A stretch of 64,000 nt of DNA. Source: Amoebophrya sp. A120. Taxonomy: Eukaryota > Protista > Dinoflagellata. The stretch's first letter is position 1. Each line of letters begins with the position of its first letter. Positions 37,801-50,060 of this stretch are shown in pieces. The notes under the pieces are model-generated. The model had not been told where the DNA came from. It did no database searches and saw only the letters and a program-made list of their open reading frames with translations. The position numbers were made by a program, and so were the translations under genes. Where the stretch lies: contig CAJINV010000013.1 of the NCBI GenBank assembly GCA_905178155.1, forward strand, positions 2,484,281 through 2,548,280, read 5' to 3'.

Positions 37801-37892
37801 CGTGCGGTGAGTTGGAGCCGTACATCCGCGCGACCAAGGACATGCCGGCTCCGCAGGCTGCTACTTACGACGATGGCAACGACATCGATTAA
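34846..37892 (+). mobile_element. Divergent hAT-like DDE transposase (641-aa open core 34846-36771, frameshifted C-terminal extension to 37892)
   Basis: Ordered motifs: RLGPDATPDRSG (D1), AVAQDAGSDI (D2), LCTRHQASL (CxxH), EHRWQT (RW), VPSNQYCEALQS (like PxSxxxERxFS). Downstream coding-like segments overlap in shifted frames. Confidence 0.7.
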
Positions 37893-39000
37893 GCATAAGC
37901 AGGATTATCATCAGCGTCATACTTCAACTACCAACGTTCACGAAAAAACCACGGATAGGAAGCAGCCCCAGCTCCGCCTACATGTCTTTCCACTTCTTCG
38001 CCATCCCCTCGCGGTTTGCAACTGCCGGCTAGTCGTGTCCGGGGCGACGTATTTGCGCCATGCCAGCACTGGACTCTCGAGCTTTTGACTTACCGCGTCG
38101 ACCGTTGCTTATCTCCACACTAGGAACACGTGACTGCGCGTCGGATTGCGTGGATTAGTGATCAGGCTTACTCCGTGTTTTTCTATGCTAATACTTGCAG
38201 ACGCACTGCGACTTCGCCTGCAGCTGTGCCCAGACATACACGCTACTTTGATGCGCTCTCTGCGGTCGAGGTATCTCGCTTCCGTTACTTTTTTCAAAAG
38301 TAACGATCTGCATATCTATCGCGAGCATCAGCATTGAGTAAGCACAGCATAGATCGAGCGTTGCAGTCACGCGTCGAGATTTTGCTTGCATACTGAGCAG
38401 CGGAGATGGCGGCGGTGATGTGGGAGGAAGCCGTAACTGCCAAGATGGCACGTTCTTCGCCGTGGGTTCCGAGAGCTATATTTTCAGTCTTCTCTTTTTG
38501 TTTGTTCTTGATCTTGTTTACAACATTTCCTTCCCAATCTCAAAACAAATACTTTATGGCAAGCACGTACGCGCTCACTTGACACAGAGAAGGTCTTCAA
38601 TAATTCATAGTAGTACTGCTTTCGTATCAATCGGCGTCGCACTTGATTGCGCCGCGCAAGCCAGGAAATATGTGCACGGATGTGCAAAAGCGTAGTGATC
38701 CCTCCGCAGTTTCGCACGCAAAAAAAGAAAAATAACAGCAAGTGCGTAGGCTACTGCGCTCCTTCGTCATCGCGCAAGAGCGCAATACAGCACCGGTAGG
38801 CAGCACTCTGCAACAACATAGCGCCGCGGATTATAGCAAAATATGTATGATGCAAGTGTATACCTCATTGAGAAATCGGCTCTATTGGCAGGCAGAGAGA
38901 GCCTTTTTACCTGGCAAAAGTGTCGGCGTTCTGCACAATCACAATGCAAACGATCCAGGAGAGAGAGCCCGAAACGGTCGGGGAAATTGAGAAAATTGCT

Positions 39001-39228
39001 GACATTCCGAGAAAAAGTGATGGCGTTCGTGAGCCTCCAAAGTTGACGCTCTGCAGAATCTTCAGAAAGCACGTGTTTTGAGGTCAAAAAATCCAAAATC
39101 TTCAAGATTTTGAGCTCAAATCCTGAAGATTTTGGATTTTTCAGTGAAAGCGAGGCCGTTTTCTGAAGAATCTTCAGAGCGGCGACTTTCGACACTCACG
39201 GAAGTCATCAACTTTTCACAGATTTCGA
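39001..39228. repeat. ~230-bp imperfect spacerless palindrome
   Basis: Centre GAG|CTC at 39114/39115; AAAAATCCAAAATCTTCA / TGAAGATTTTGGATTTTT; outer GCTCTGCAGAATCTTCAGAAA / TTTCTGAAGAATCTTCAGAGC. Confidence 0.88.
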
Positions 39229-39528
39229 CGAAAAAAATGATCCCGCTCCCGGGAAATATGCTCGCACAGAAAGAAAAGCGAACGCGTTTCCCCTTAGAAG
39301 TTGTCCCCTGATCATTAGAAGTTGCCCCCTGATCAACGTCGCGCGCCTCCTTGTCTGGGCCTTCAGAAGTACATACAAAATCACAAAACTCCTCTGCACA
39401 AGATCAAAAAACGCTGCTTCTTGCCTTCGGTTTTACCTTCGTGATGTGCTTCTCGCACCATTTTCCAATGAAAAAGCAGCAGCGTGAGGCGCGAGAGTTG
39501 TAGTTATTGTGCTCTGCGTACGCACAAA

Positions 39529-40253
39529 ATGGAGCAAGCGCGGCCGCGTTTCGACACCACGCCGAGCACGCTCGCCACCGATGAGGAGTGCGAGGAGTTC
39601 ATCCGCTTGGTCGCCGACGGCACGATCAAAAGCCACAAAGAAGTGCGCGACTTTGTGCGGATCCGGTTGCTAGACCGCTCCCGCGCGCAGCTGCTGGCGA
39701 TCGGGCGTCGCTTGTTGCAATCAGTGAAGAACCATGAAGGAAGCGAGGGACTTTTTTTTTAAAAAGTCTGTCTATGCCACCACAATTCCGCATCATCTGA
39801 CTTCGCATGAAGCACATCGCTCTTCATCCATCTTCAAGCTACTACCTCCAACACAGATACAAGCATCGCGCTCGCATGTGTTCCCACGTGGGCGGTATCG
39901 TCGATGCCTTCGCCGAGGCGCGGTTCGTGGCGCGTGAGCCCATTGGTGCCATCGCGAATCCGGAGACCGACACGTTCGAAGTGATTGATGGAGGGCATCG
40001 CGCGGAAGCGCTGAAACAAGGCGCGAGTCGTCATGGTCTCGACCCGGAAACCGTCGGACTGACGTACATTGTGTTTGCATACTCTTCATCTTCATGCTCA
40101 TCTTCGTGCTCGTGTTCACATAGGAACTTGCGCCCGAGGACGAAGCTGAGCTGCAAAGAACGGCCGTGGTCATCTTCTCCCGTGTATTCTCTCTGCGATT
40201 TCAGCTTCGCTCCAAGTTGTCACGCACGAACTTCGCGGAGCGTAGCGCGCTGA
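39529..40253 (+). CDS. ParB/sulfiredoxin N-terminal-like domain protein (spliced or degraded)
   Basis: VGGIVDAF...EPIGAI...FEVIDGGHRAEAL fits the ParB/Srx signature (PI.V...Y.IIDGxxRxxA). Confidence 0.6.
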
Positions 40254-40504
40254 TGTTTCTCCTTTTCGAGTCGAAACATGTAAAATCAAGAAACCTAAAG
40301 CAGGTTGATGATTTTTCACCCCAAGCTGTTAAAATTCCCGGCGATCATCGAAGTGTCCACGGCCGTGTGTAACGAAGGACAAACCGGGTTAGCGATGTGC
40401 TTTCATCAGAAAGCGCGCTCGTTCCGGAAGGTATTTCTATTGTCGCTTTTAGTTTCATGGAGGTGCAATCTGTGTCGTATGCAAGCTGAACATCGGGAGC
40501 ACTT

Positions 40505-41325
40505 TTAAAGCTTCATCCTGCTTGCAGCCTGTTTCTGATAATAGTTTGGCCTGTTGATGTAGCGCGTCAGCGTCTCAATACTTTGGTGACCAGTTATCTG
40601 CTTGATAGTACTAGGCGCGACGCCTGAGCGATACAAATGCCCCGCAGTGCTGCGCCTCGGTGTATGCGAAGTTATTAGATTCGCCGGTCATGATTCGGCG
40701 TCTTTAGGTCGAAGCGTCTTCCTAGCGATTCGAGTTTTTGCCTCCATAGCTTCGTAGCCAAAATTGAGCACCCTGCTACTTGCCGGCGCGAGCCCACTCA
40801 GTTTTTCTATTTGCTCCTTGAGAAAGGCCTTCGCGTCTTTCTCGGGCTCGATGCGCACCCATTTTAAGCGTCCTCTACCGCCCGGAGTGTCGGCAAGTTT
40901 CGAGTTGCCAATTGGGATTTTGTCTAGGTGGATGTCTCGCGCCTCGAGATACCGAACATCCATGCCGCGACGGCCTGTGAAGGTCTGTATCGTCCACGCA
41001 AGGCGATATAGTTCCCCGGCCCGTTTTTTGCGGCCACTGGTCGCCTCCAAGTGTTCCGCGAAGCGGTTACAGTCCTGCTTGCTTAGAGAACCACTCCGCT
41101 CCTCTCCGTCGATGTCTTGTTCTTGGTCCCGCACTGCCACTTCCGCTTTCCGCTTTTTCGTGATAGCGCGCATGGCCTTCTTCCTAGCCTTGCCCTTCTT
41201 CGTACTAGATTTGGGATGGCGGGCCAGTTCGTTGCGTCTCGGGTCGATCGTGATTTGTTAGCATGCCGCGCTGCCTTGCGGGAAGCAAGCTTCTTTTTCA
41301 TCGCATTGGCCTTTCGCTTTGCCAT
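40505..41325 (-). pseudogene. Tyrosine recombinase (phage-integrase fold), one in-frame TGA and a 5' frameshift
   Basis: FTGRRGMDV (catalytic R); reading through TGA at 40688-40690 gives SHTPRRS (HxxR), ITGHQS (H) and TLTRY (Y), stop at 40505. Basic N-terminus from ATG 41325 is in another frame; ATG 41173 is in frame. Confidence 0.88.
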
Positions 41326-41895
41326 CTTGTTAGTTTCTGTGATCGAAAATTCAAAGCGAGTTCCTGTGTAGCACTGCCTCGCTTGAAATGCGCCTCGTGT
41401 AGCGTAGCGCTGTATCTCCCTCCGTGGTTGCGAAATCAAAAACAAAGCACCGCATGAGTAAGAGTAAGCAGAGTGCGCCGATTTTCAAGTTCATAGCAAG
41501 CATGTCTACATGGCACGAAGTAGAAGTAACACAAAGCACCAACATAAGCCCATCGCTTCGGCGTCAGCTTTTTTGTTCTTTTTGTCGCTGGGAGTTGCAG
41601 TGTTTGAAAGAAGGGCCAGTGGGAGACTCGCATCGATGCAACTAAAGCTCATCACTCTCAGATCCGTTTCTAACTCGAGTTCTAATTCCTTACGTCTTAC
41701 ACTTACGGTTGCACTTACGCTATTTTTTTTCCTACATGTGCATGAGCATGGTCATGATATTACTAGCGGCGCTGTCAATACCAACTACAATTTCAATTGC
41801 AGACTCATGCTGAAAAAGTAAAAGATCAACTCACTCGCATGCTGAAAAAGAAAAACTAAAGCAGAGCCGTCGTCTCGCGGACCCACCCCGAGCAG

Positions 41896-44638
41896 ATGCT
41901 ATGGAACCAGCGCGAGTGCTTCCTGTCGGCTGTGTGGATTCTCTTTCCGGGTTCCAAGCGTCCGCTGCTGGGCCGCCTGCCCAAGGGGTGTGGTGACCTG
42001 TTGACGTACGAGGTGCTGATGGACCTGATGCGGCTCATCAAGTACAACAGCGACGCCACTCTGTCGGCCCGGTCCGAGTGCAACAGGATCCGCATCTCCC
42101 TGACTTGCCAGCGCGTCCGCAACTCGCTGTTGAACCACACCCCCGACGTACCGGCTTCGCAAGGAGCCACTGGCGCCACGCTCGACGCCATGAGGTCCCA
42201 CAGCAACGTGTGCACCGCCAAGGACCCCCAGAGCATCGGATTGCGGCTGCACCCCGTGAACGTCGTCGAGTGGGGGCACAGTGCCCAACAGGCTGCGGAG
42301 AAGAAGTCCTGCGAAGGTTACGTTTTCAAATTAAAGACGGTGATCAAGAACTGCCTGGACATGGAGACGGGCGCGTGGCTGCACTCCAGCTTCACACACC
42401 CTCCAGGAGCGGGGAGCTGCGCTTTCCGTCGCTAACAGCCTGAAGGTTGGTGACGTGTGTCGTCTGCACATGGACACTGACACCGCGTTGGGAGCCGGGT
42501 TCGCTGGGCGGCAGATCGAGATCAAGAAGGGCCACGCGATCAGCGTCGACTTGGCCGAGGTGAAGGGACGCAAAAACACCGCGCAGAAGGAGCATCAGGA
42601 TAAGGCTGACGCCGCGCAGAAGCGGCACAAAAAGACGAAGGGCGCGGAGTACGACTCTCCCGCGGAGTTCCAGAAGGCCATGGACGACTTGGACAAGGAC
42701 TGGAAGCGGCAGAGCGAGACTCTCGAGCGTCAGATGAACACTGCCAAGGCGCGCAAGTTTGTCAAGGGTATGGTCACCGCGACTGGGAAAGAGCTGGAAA
42801 GCGTATCGCTTTTTGTTTTTGATTTACAATTAGAATCGATAGCGCAAATACTGATAGTTTTGCTTTAGTGTTGATTTTGTTTCAGTTACGTCTACAGTGA
42901 GTTGCACACGTGGTGACTAGTTCTAGAGTTAAGGTTATGCTTATGCTGTTATAGTTTTAGTTTATGGCAAAGGTAATGGCGTCGGTCGTTCGCTTTTCGT
43001 TTTTAATTGCAATACAGTCTACAACTCCTGATACACAGTATCAGACTCCGCTCGACGCGCTGACCATCGACGACGTGCCTCTTTTATCGCGTGACTGATC
43101 GACCCGGCCAGCGTGTGCGAAGACTGGGAAGCTCCGAGCGACATGCCCAAGCGCTTGGGCGTCTTTGGCGTCCGCACCCCGATCCTGATGCTCGGTTGCA
43201 ATGGACTCCCGTATTTGGCGCGTATGACGTGCTCCAACTTGGACATGGCCTGGAAGTTCAGCGGCAATTTCGACAACCAGATCGAATCCATCATCTTCCG
43301 CCCGCGCCAGATCGTACAACTTTTCCCACTTTCGGCATTGTGTTGCTATTCGGGCTACTTTTAGTACTAATAACGCAGCAGCATCGTCTTCGTCTTCAGC
43401 TTCAACTTCGTCTACAACTACAGCAGCATCTACATCATCATAGACGAGCTGCAGTTCTTGTTTTTGCTGCTATTGCTACACAGAGAGCTTTGAGCTTCAG
43501 CATCAACATGGCGGGAAATTTTTAAGCTTTAACATTGAGAAGCAGCGCACAGCTGCGCTTCAGTGTTGGCTTCGAGTTGATCCTTGACGCAGCCGCTGCT
43601 AGTTGCAGTTGCTCTTGTTTTTTTAGTCGTTGCGAGCCTACAACGAACCAGCTGCGTCTTGATCTTCCTCTTCCTCTTCGACCATTTCATTATAAAGACT
43701 CTCAACCAACTCCAACTCTGACAACAGACCACCAGCAGCGACTTGGTCATCAACTTACTTCAAAGCTCCGGCGCCGCGCTACAGGGTCGCGGTGATTCAG
43801 ACCGGCACCGAGAAGCTGTCCAAGGAGAAGAAAAAAGAAGCCGACAAAGCCGCGAACGCGCTGAACCGCCTGACCAGGAAGACCGCTGACGAAGCCGACA
43901 AGGCTGCTTCTAAGGCTTCGAAGAAGCGCCCCAAGTCTTCGGCGTCCGGAACTGGTGATGAGGGCTCGAGTTTGGAGAAGGAGCAGCAGGACGTGGCGAA
44001 CAAGGCGCGCGCCGACTTGTTCTTCCGTCCGGTCGTGTTGGACGCGGACGTGGAGGAACAGGAGAAAAAGTAAGGAAAATGGGGGAAAGCGCAGTCGCGC
44101 TGGTACCGAGGAGCTTGCCTTCTGCAAGGAGGATTCTCCGTCTGGTAAGCGCAGCCGCGGACAGTCGTTTGAGGAGGCCGAGGAGCTGCTGAAACATGTC
44201 GCCGACCGCGTGTGGCAGACCCTGAAGGCCAGCATCGACTTGACCCCGGACGAGCTGAAGGCCATCTGTAAAAAGGAGGCCGAGGTCAAGGGCGCGCGTG
44301 CCAAGAACAGCGCGTACTGGGGCGAGCAGATCGCCCTGGCCATGTCTGCGTACACCATGATGGACGAGGAGAACATGGAGCGCATGAACGACTCCGACCT
44401 CGAGGGCGGGCAGTTGTTCCTGCGTACCGGCATGCCCGCGATGAAGTCCGCGCACGAGGAGTTGATGCGCCAGGCCCAGGGATCCTCCAGCTCTAGCTCG
44501 AGTTCGAGTTCTTCGTCCTCCACCAACAACAACAACAAACCGGAGGCGTTGTTGCCGACGGAGTCGGAGGCGGAACAGGAAAAGTCGAATTCTGATGATG
44601 ACGAAAAAGAGAAGTCATCTGAGAAGAAGAAAGAATAG
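41896..44638 (+). pseudogene. Multi-exon hypothetical gene with apparent frameshifts
   Basis: GC3-rich coding-like blocks 41896-42800, 43050-43310, 43765-44638; frame changes near 42415 and 44065 without room for an intron. Confidence 0.5.
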
Positions 44639-46274
44639 AGTCTATGTTTGTAGAACTAAAAGCACAGCTACTCTTTTGAGTGTCACACTCGCAGCGGGTC
44701 GGTGTTTTCGCTACTACTTGTTTGCTACCTTATTCGTTACATACTTATTGTGCCGGTAATGTGAATGCAAGCACGTGGCGCAGCTCGACTCGTGTTGTGG
44801 CTTTATGCTTTTCGCTCGTCAGAGCAGAACCCCTAACGCAGCCACATACTCGGTTGCATTTCGTTGTATTTGTATGCATCGAAAGCCATCTCTTGTCTGG
44901 CGCTGCTTCATAGCGATGCTTCTGCTGTAGCTTTGGAGCTGTTGTCAGTCGTCAAAACAATTTGTCACGACAGCTATGCTTCATGGGAAGGAAAAAATCC
45001 CACTTCTATGCTAAGAAAGGAGGAGGCATCGGCTTGATCTTCGTTTCGCTCTACCATGGTTGTACTACTTCGCTTGTATGTTAGAAGTGCATTACTATGA
45101 TTTCCAAGAACTTCGCGTTTGTTGTCCGAGCCTCCCCTTTCGCAAATACTGCGTCTTCTTTTTAACCTTCTCCGCTGGAGAAGGTATAGCAATATGCTAC
45201 GCGACACGCTGATAATTAAAAAAGCAGCGCAAGCACCAGCGTGACCACCTCGTCTCCATGGTGTGCGCATCGCTTTTTATAAGCCTCTTTTTCCGTCCCT
45301 TGTTAGGGGCTAGCTTCTAGCTCAACTCGAGTCGTTTGCTACTATTTTTGATAGCAGTACGACTACCACTATTCGGCGGATCCACCCAGCACTAGATAAG
45401 TTTGTTGCTGCGCTTGCAGGTTCATTTTTATCCTAGTGCTTTGAGCTTGTATATGAAAGCTTTGATCGGATTAGAAATTAACTACCTATTGTAGCAGCAT
45501 CGCTCTTCTTTGTCGAGACAGCTGGAAGACTGCGCTGAATAATCGGAACTCTGCGAGAGTGTCGGATCGGTCTAGCGAGCTCTTCAAGCTGTTGAGATGC
45601 ATCAATCTTTCTGGCACTACCATGATAATGAAATGCAAGCGATCGCGACCGTAATCTTTTGCATTCGTAGTAGTTCTCGAGCGCGCCGCGCATGCTATGC
45701 AATTCTAAGAGACCTCGAGCATTATTGCGAAGGTTTGTGCCTTTCGTGCGCGTCCTGCTCACGCCTGTGCTGCGCGACGCAAAAAACAAACGCTTTATCA
45801 AGAAGGCGAAGCTTTCGATGAGACAACGAATGAACGTGAGTTCATCAACTTGTAGCGAAAGCTGACACATACGAGCACAGTTGCTCCACCTTCGACGCCA
45901 CCGGGTATCGCGCGCACCCCCAAGCAAGTCGCGACTTTCTCGAAACGGCGAAAGCTTGTGGCTTCGCTTTAAACCACAAGTGTTCGCAAAGGTCACATAG
46001 AAAAGATCGGCGCGTGATCGGTGCTGCAAATGTGTGCTCGATGGCAAATAAAAGCCTTCGGTTGTTGATCAAGGCGTAGTCTTTATTTTCTCGGTGAATG
46101 CAAAATGTCGGCGAACTGCAAACGCAATGCAAAAGTTCTGCACACGTGAAAAAAAGAATGATCGTGCTACACAAACGAATACGCTTTCGATCGCAACTTC
46201 GGTATTTTGGTGAGCAAAGTCACATCCTTCAGTTTTGAAGTCTCAAAATAAATTGGATTTTTAAATACTCGTTT

Positions 46275-46880
46275 TTGACATTTTGTCCAGTCATATTGTG
46301 CGGTGAGTGGACGAGGAAAACGTACGCCTCGATTCCCGAAGCAGTGAGATTCGATATGAGGGACAATCTAGCAGAGGAGTTGCTTTTGTTCGCCGCCTCC
46401 GAGAACGTTTTCAGCCTTGCCCACGCGCCACCCGCGCTTCTTCGCGATCGTGAATTGATGCAAAAAATCGTTGCGATCCAGCAAGAAAACCCATTGTTCG
46501 CCCGAGTCGGGGAAAGGGAGGAACCCCTTTGTTTCGTTGACCGGGAACTCCGCGACGACCCTACATTCCTGCGCGCCATCTTTGAAGACGACGACCGCTG
46601 GAAGCAGTTATTGGCCCAAAAGAGGGAGCTCAGCTTTTTCAAGTGCATCAGCGAGGACTTACTGCGCAGGGACCGCCGTCTCGTCAGGGACTACGTCGCT
46701 CGCTTGCGCGCGGTCGCGAACGTACCAGCAGACGCGCTGATCGAGTACGACCGTAGTGCCGAGTCAGCTCTCGGTGGCAGTACCAGCCCAGATGATCGCA
46801 GACGGATCTCCTCTGCGGCGAAAGAGATCGGAGACAAGTACATTTTGCGGCCTGCACCAAGAAGAACGTCTGGCGCGTGA
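46275..46880 (+). CDS. DUF4116-like helical repeat protein (partial)
   Basis: Repeats LAHAPPALLRDRELM, LCFVDRELRDDPTFL, FKCISEDLLRRDRRLV. Confidence 0.5.
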   Translation: MTFCPVILCGEWTRKTYASIPEAVRFDMRDNLAEELLLFAASENVFSLAHAPPALLRDRELMQKIVAIQQENPLFARVGEREEPLCFVDRELRDDPTFLRAIFEDDDRWKQLLAQKRELSFFKCISEDLLRRDRRLVRDYVARLRAVANVPADALIEYDRSAESALGGSTSPDDRRRISSAAKEIGDKYILRPAPRRTSGA

Positions 46881-47639
46881 TGGTGGTGCGCTGGTCACAG
46901 ATCAATGAGGACTTCGACATGGATATGATAAAGCTATGGCGCGGCTCTTCCATCGACGGACCGAAAGCGCGTAAAAAATCAAGCCTCGTAAAGTGTATGA
47001 TTTTCTGTAGAAAAAAATTTGACGAAAAAACACGGCAACTGCTTCGAGAGCATGTTGCCATTACTTCCGCTGATTGTCATTGCTCACGACCCTCTCCGGA
47101 AGGTAGACAACTAATCGGCCAAGACCTAACAATCATTTTGAAAATCACGAATCCCGAACGAAACGGAAACGCTTTGTGTAACGTGTAAGATTAGACAATG
47201 CAAGAGAGTACGCAAACGCACTTTGTTGCGTCTTCCGTCGGGTTTTTGACAGGCAACGTCACTGCTGTACGTAGCACATGAAGGAAGAGGAAAAGAAAGG
47301 CATTTTTTCACTCACATAGAACAGCAGCCGCGAGGAGTTCCATCATTCAAGAACTATCGCATCAACATCTTGAAGAAACAACAACATTGCGTGACGCCAA
47401 AGTGTAAGATGAAAGCTCCATGCGATGTTTTGAATTCGCAATAAACTTGGAACATGGCGGGCATGGATTTTGCTCTGTCCGATGGACGGTACTGCAGCTG
47501 CTGTACTACTTTTTTCTCGCGGTGGTCGACTGCGACCCAATCATGGAATTCCGATGTTCGCTAAAAGAAATGAAATGCGCACTATTGTCCGTATTGCACT
47601 TGTCTTGCTAATATTTCATGCACATAATACTCTACATTC

Positions 47640-48340
47640 TCGAGATGTTGATGCCGATCAAATATTCCATGACTGAGAGAATATCGAATTCGATTTTCAT
47701 TTTTGTCTTTCTTGCTTCTCTCTCTCCATGCCTGGGCACGGCGTCATTGTTCGATATTTATTGCATATCATAAATCTAATCAAATCCTAATCCATAGATG
47801 TCATGAAATTAAATTTCGAAATCAATCTGAAGATGAGAATTGATTCATTTTTTTTTTTTTGTTGTGATCGGGTTCGGTATCTCAGGAAGATTCAATGGAA
47901 ATTGTCAATTTTATAACAAGATTTATTCAATTTCAATTCTATCTTGATATCTGGAATCTTAATTCGAATTATCTCTGTTGAATTTATTCTTTGAGAGAAA
48001 ATTATGAAATGAGGATGGAAATAGAGATAGATAATCATGGATTGGATCCTAGATTAATTTGAATCATATGCAGATATAACCGGAAAGAAAAAAAAAAAAT
48101 AAATTCATTCATTCTCGACGTCTAATGGTTTTGAAAAATATAGAAAATCTGATAAAGGAATCATAAGAAATTTATTCAAGAAAATTGATATTCTAGAAGA
48201 AATATTTTTTTTCGGCTTCCATATATCCAATTCATAAAATTATGAAATCGAAGACATCAGAAATTTTCGAAGAAAAAAAAAAAATTTCTTTGATTTACAG
48301 AATGAAAATCATTTTCAAATGAAATTTTTTATGAATATAA
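47640..48340. other. AT-rich non-coding block
   Basis: Sharp drop in GC, long A/T runs, no ORF in the track for most of it. Confidence 0.8.
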
Positions 48341-48454
48341 CTCCTATTGCTGAGCTGCGCGAGTTCAAACTTTGCGACGAGGAGGAAAATCGTCCACGCC
48401 GAAATTTTTTTGCCCGTTTTCAAACTTTCAAAAGCTGTCGCGATTTGCGAAATC

Positions 48455-49350
48455 GGCCAACGGCACACGGCGAACGGCCGACGGCGAATCGCCCAAGTCC
48501 CCTGGCAAACGGCGAATCGCCCAACGGCGAATCGCCCAAGTCCCATGGCCAGCGGCGAAGCGCCCAAATCCCATCGCAAACGGCGAACCGCCCAACGGCG
48601 AATCGCCCAAGCAAGTCCCATCGCAAACGGCGAATCGCCCCAGTCACGTCGCAAATCGAAATATTTTGCAAGCAAAAACATTTCGCAACTCGAAATATTT
48701 TGCAACTCCAAACATTTTGCAACTCGAAATATTTTGCAACTCCAAACATTTTGCAACTTCAAATATTTACTTGCGGCGCAAAATATTTCGCAAGTCCAAA
48801 TATTTTGCAACGCAAAATATTTTGCGACCCAAAATATTTCGCGACCCAAAATATTTCGCGACCCAAAATATTTCGCCAACGGCCGACGGCCAACGAACGG
48901 CCAACGGCGAATCGCCCAAGTCCCATGGCAAACGGCGAATCGCCCAATGGCGAATCGCCCAAGTCCCATGGCAAACGGTGAATCGCCCAAGTCCCATCGC
49001 AAGCGGCGAATCGCCCGACGACGACTCGCCCGAGTCCCATCGCAGACGGCGAATCGCCCAAGTCCCTTCGCAACCCGAAATATTTTGCAACTCCAAATAT
49101 TTTGCGACTCGAAACATTTTGCAACTCCGAACATTTTGCAACTTCAAATATTTTGCGGCTCAAAATATTTCGCAAGTCCAAATATTTTGCAACTCAAAAT
49201 ATTTCGCAAGTCCAAAAAAATTTTGCGACCCAAAATATTTCGCGACCCAAAATATTTTGCGGCCCAAAATATTTCGCGAGCGAAGATTTTTCGCGACGCC
49301 CAATATTTTGCAATCCCCGAAAAATATTTGCAGGCGAAAATATTTCGCAA
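48455..49350. repeat. Composite minisatellite: alternating GGCGAATCGCCCAA blocks and ~17-bp AAATATTTTGCAAC blocks (X-Y-X-Y)
   Basis: X about 48455-48655 and 48875-49070; Y about 48655-48875 and 49070-49350. Confidence 0.9.
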
Positions 49351-49389
49351 CAATCTGCCGAGACCCTGCCTCCCCGGTTTTGCAGCATA

Positions 49390-50060
49390 GGGAAAGCGGG
49401 AAGCACGGGGAAAGCGGGAAGCACGGGGAAAGCGGGAAGCACGGGGAAAGCGGGAAGCACGGGGAAAGCGGGAAGCACGGGGAAAACGGGAAGCAAGGGG
49501 AAAACGGGAAACACGGGGAAAACGGGAAGCACGGGGAAGCGGGAAGCACGGGGAAAGCGGGAAGCACGGGGAAGGCGGGAAGCACGGGGAAGGCGGGAAG
49601 CACGGGGAAAGCGGGAAGCACGGGGAAAGCGGGAAGCACGGGGAAAGCGGGAAGCACGGGGAAAGCGGGAAGCACGCCAAGCACGGGGAAGGCGGGGAGC
49701 ACGGGGAACGCGGGAAGCACGGGGAAAGCGGGAAGCACGGGGAAAGCGGGAAGCACGGGGAAAGCGGGAAGCACGGGGAAAACGGGAAGCAAGGGGAAAA
49801 CGGGAAACACGGGGAAAGCGGGAAGCACGGGGAAAGCGGGCAACACGGGGAAAGCGGGAAGCACGGGGAAAGCGGGAAACACGGGAGGCACGGGGAAAGC
49901 GGGAAGGGCGGGGAAAGCGGGTAGGACGGGGGAAGCGGGAAACACGGGGAAAGCGGGAGGCACGGGGAAAATTTAAGCGGGAAGCACGGGGAAAGCGGGA
50001 GGCACGGGGAAAGCCAGCGGGAAGCACGGGGGAGGCGGGAAGCACGGGGGAAACTGGAAG
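49390..50060. repeat. 18-bp purine-rich minisatellite GGGAAAGCGGGAAGCACG, roughly 35 copies
   Basis: Direct reading; + strand nearly T-free. Confidence 0.95.
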
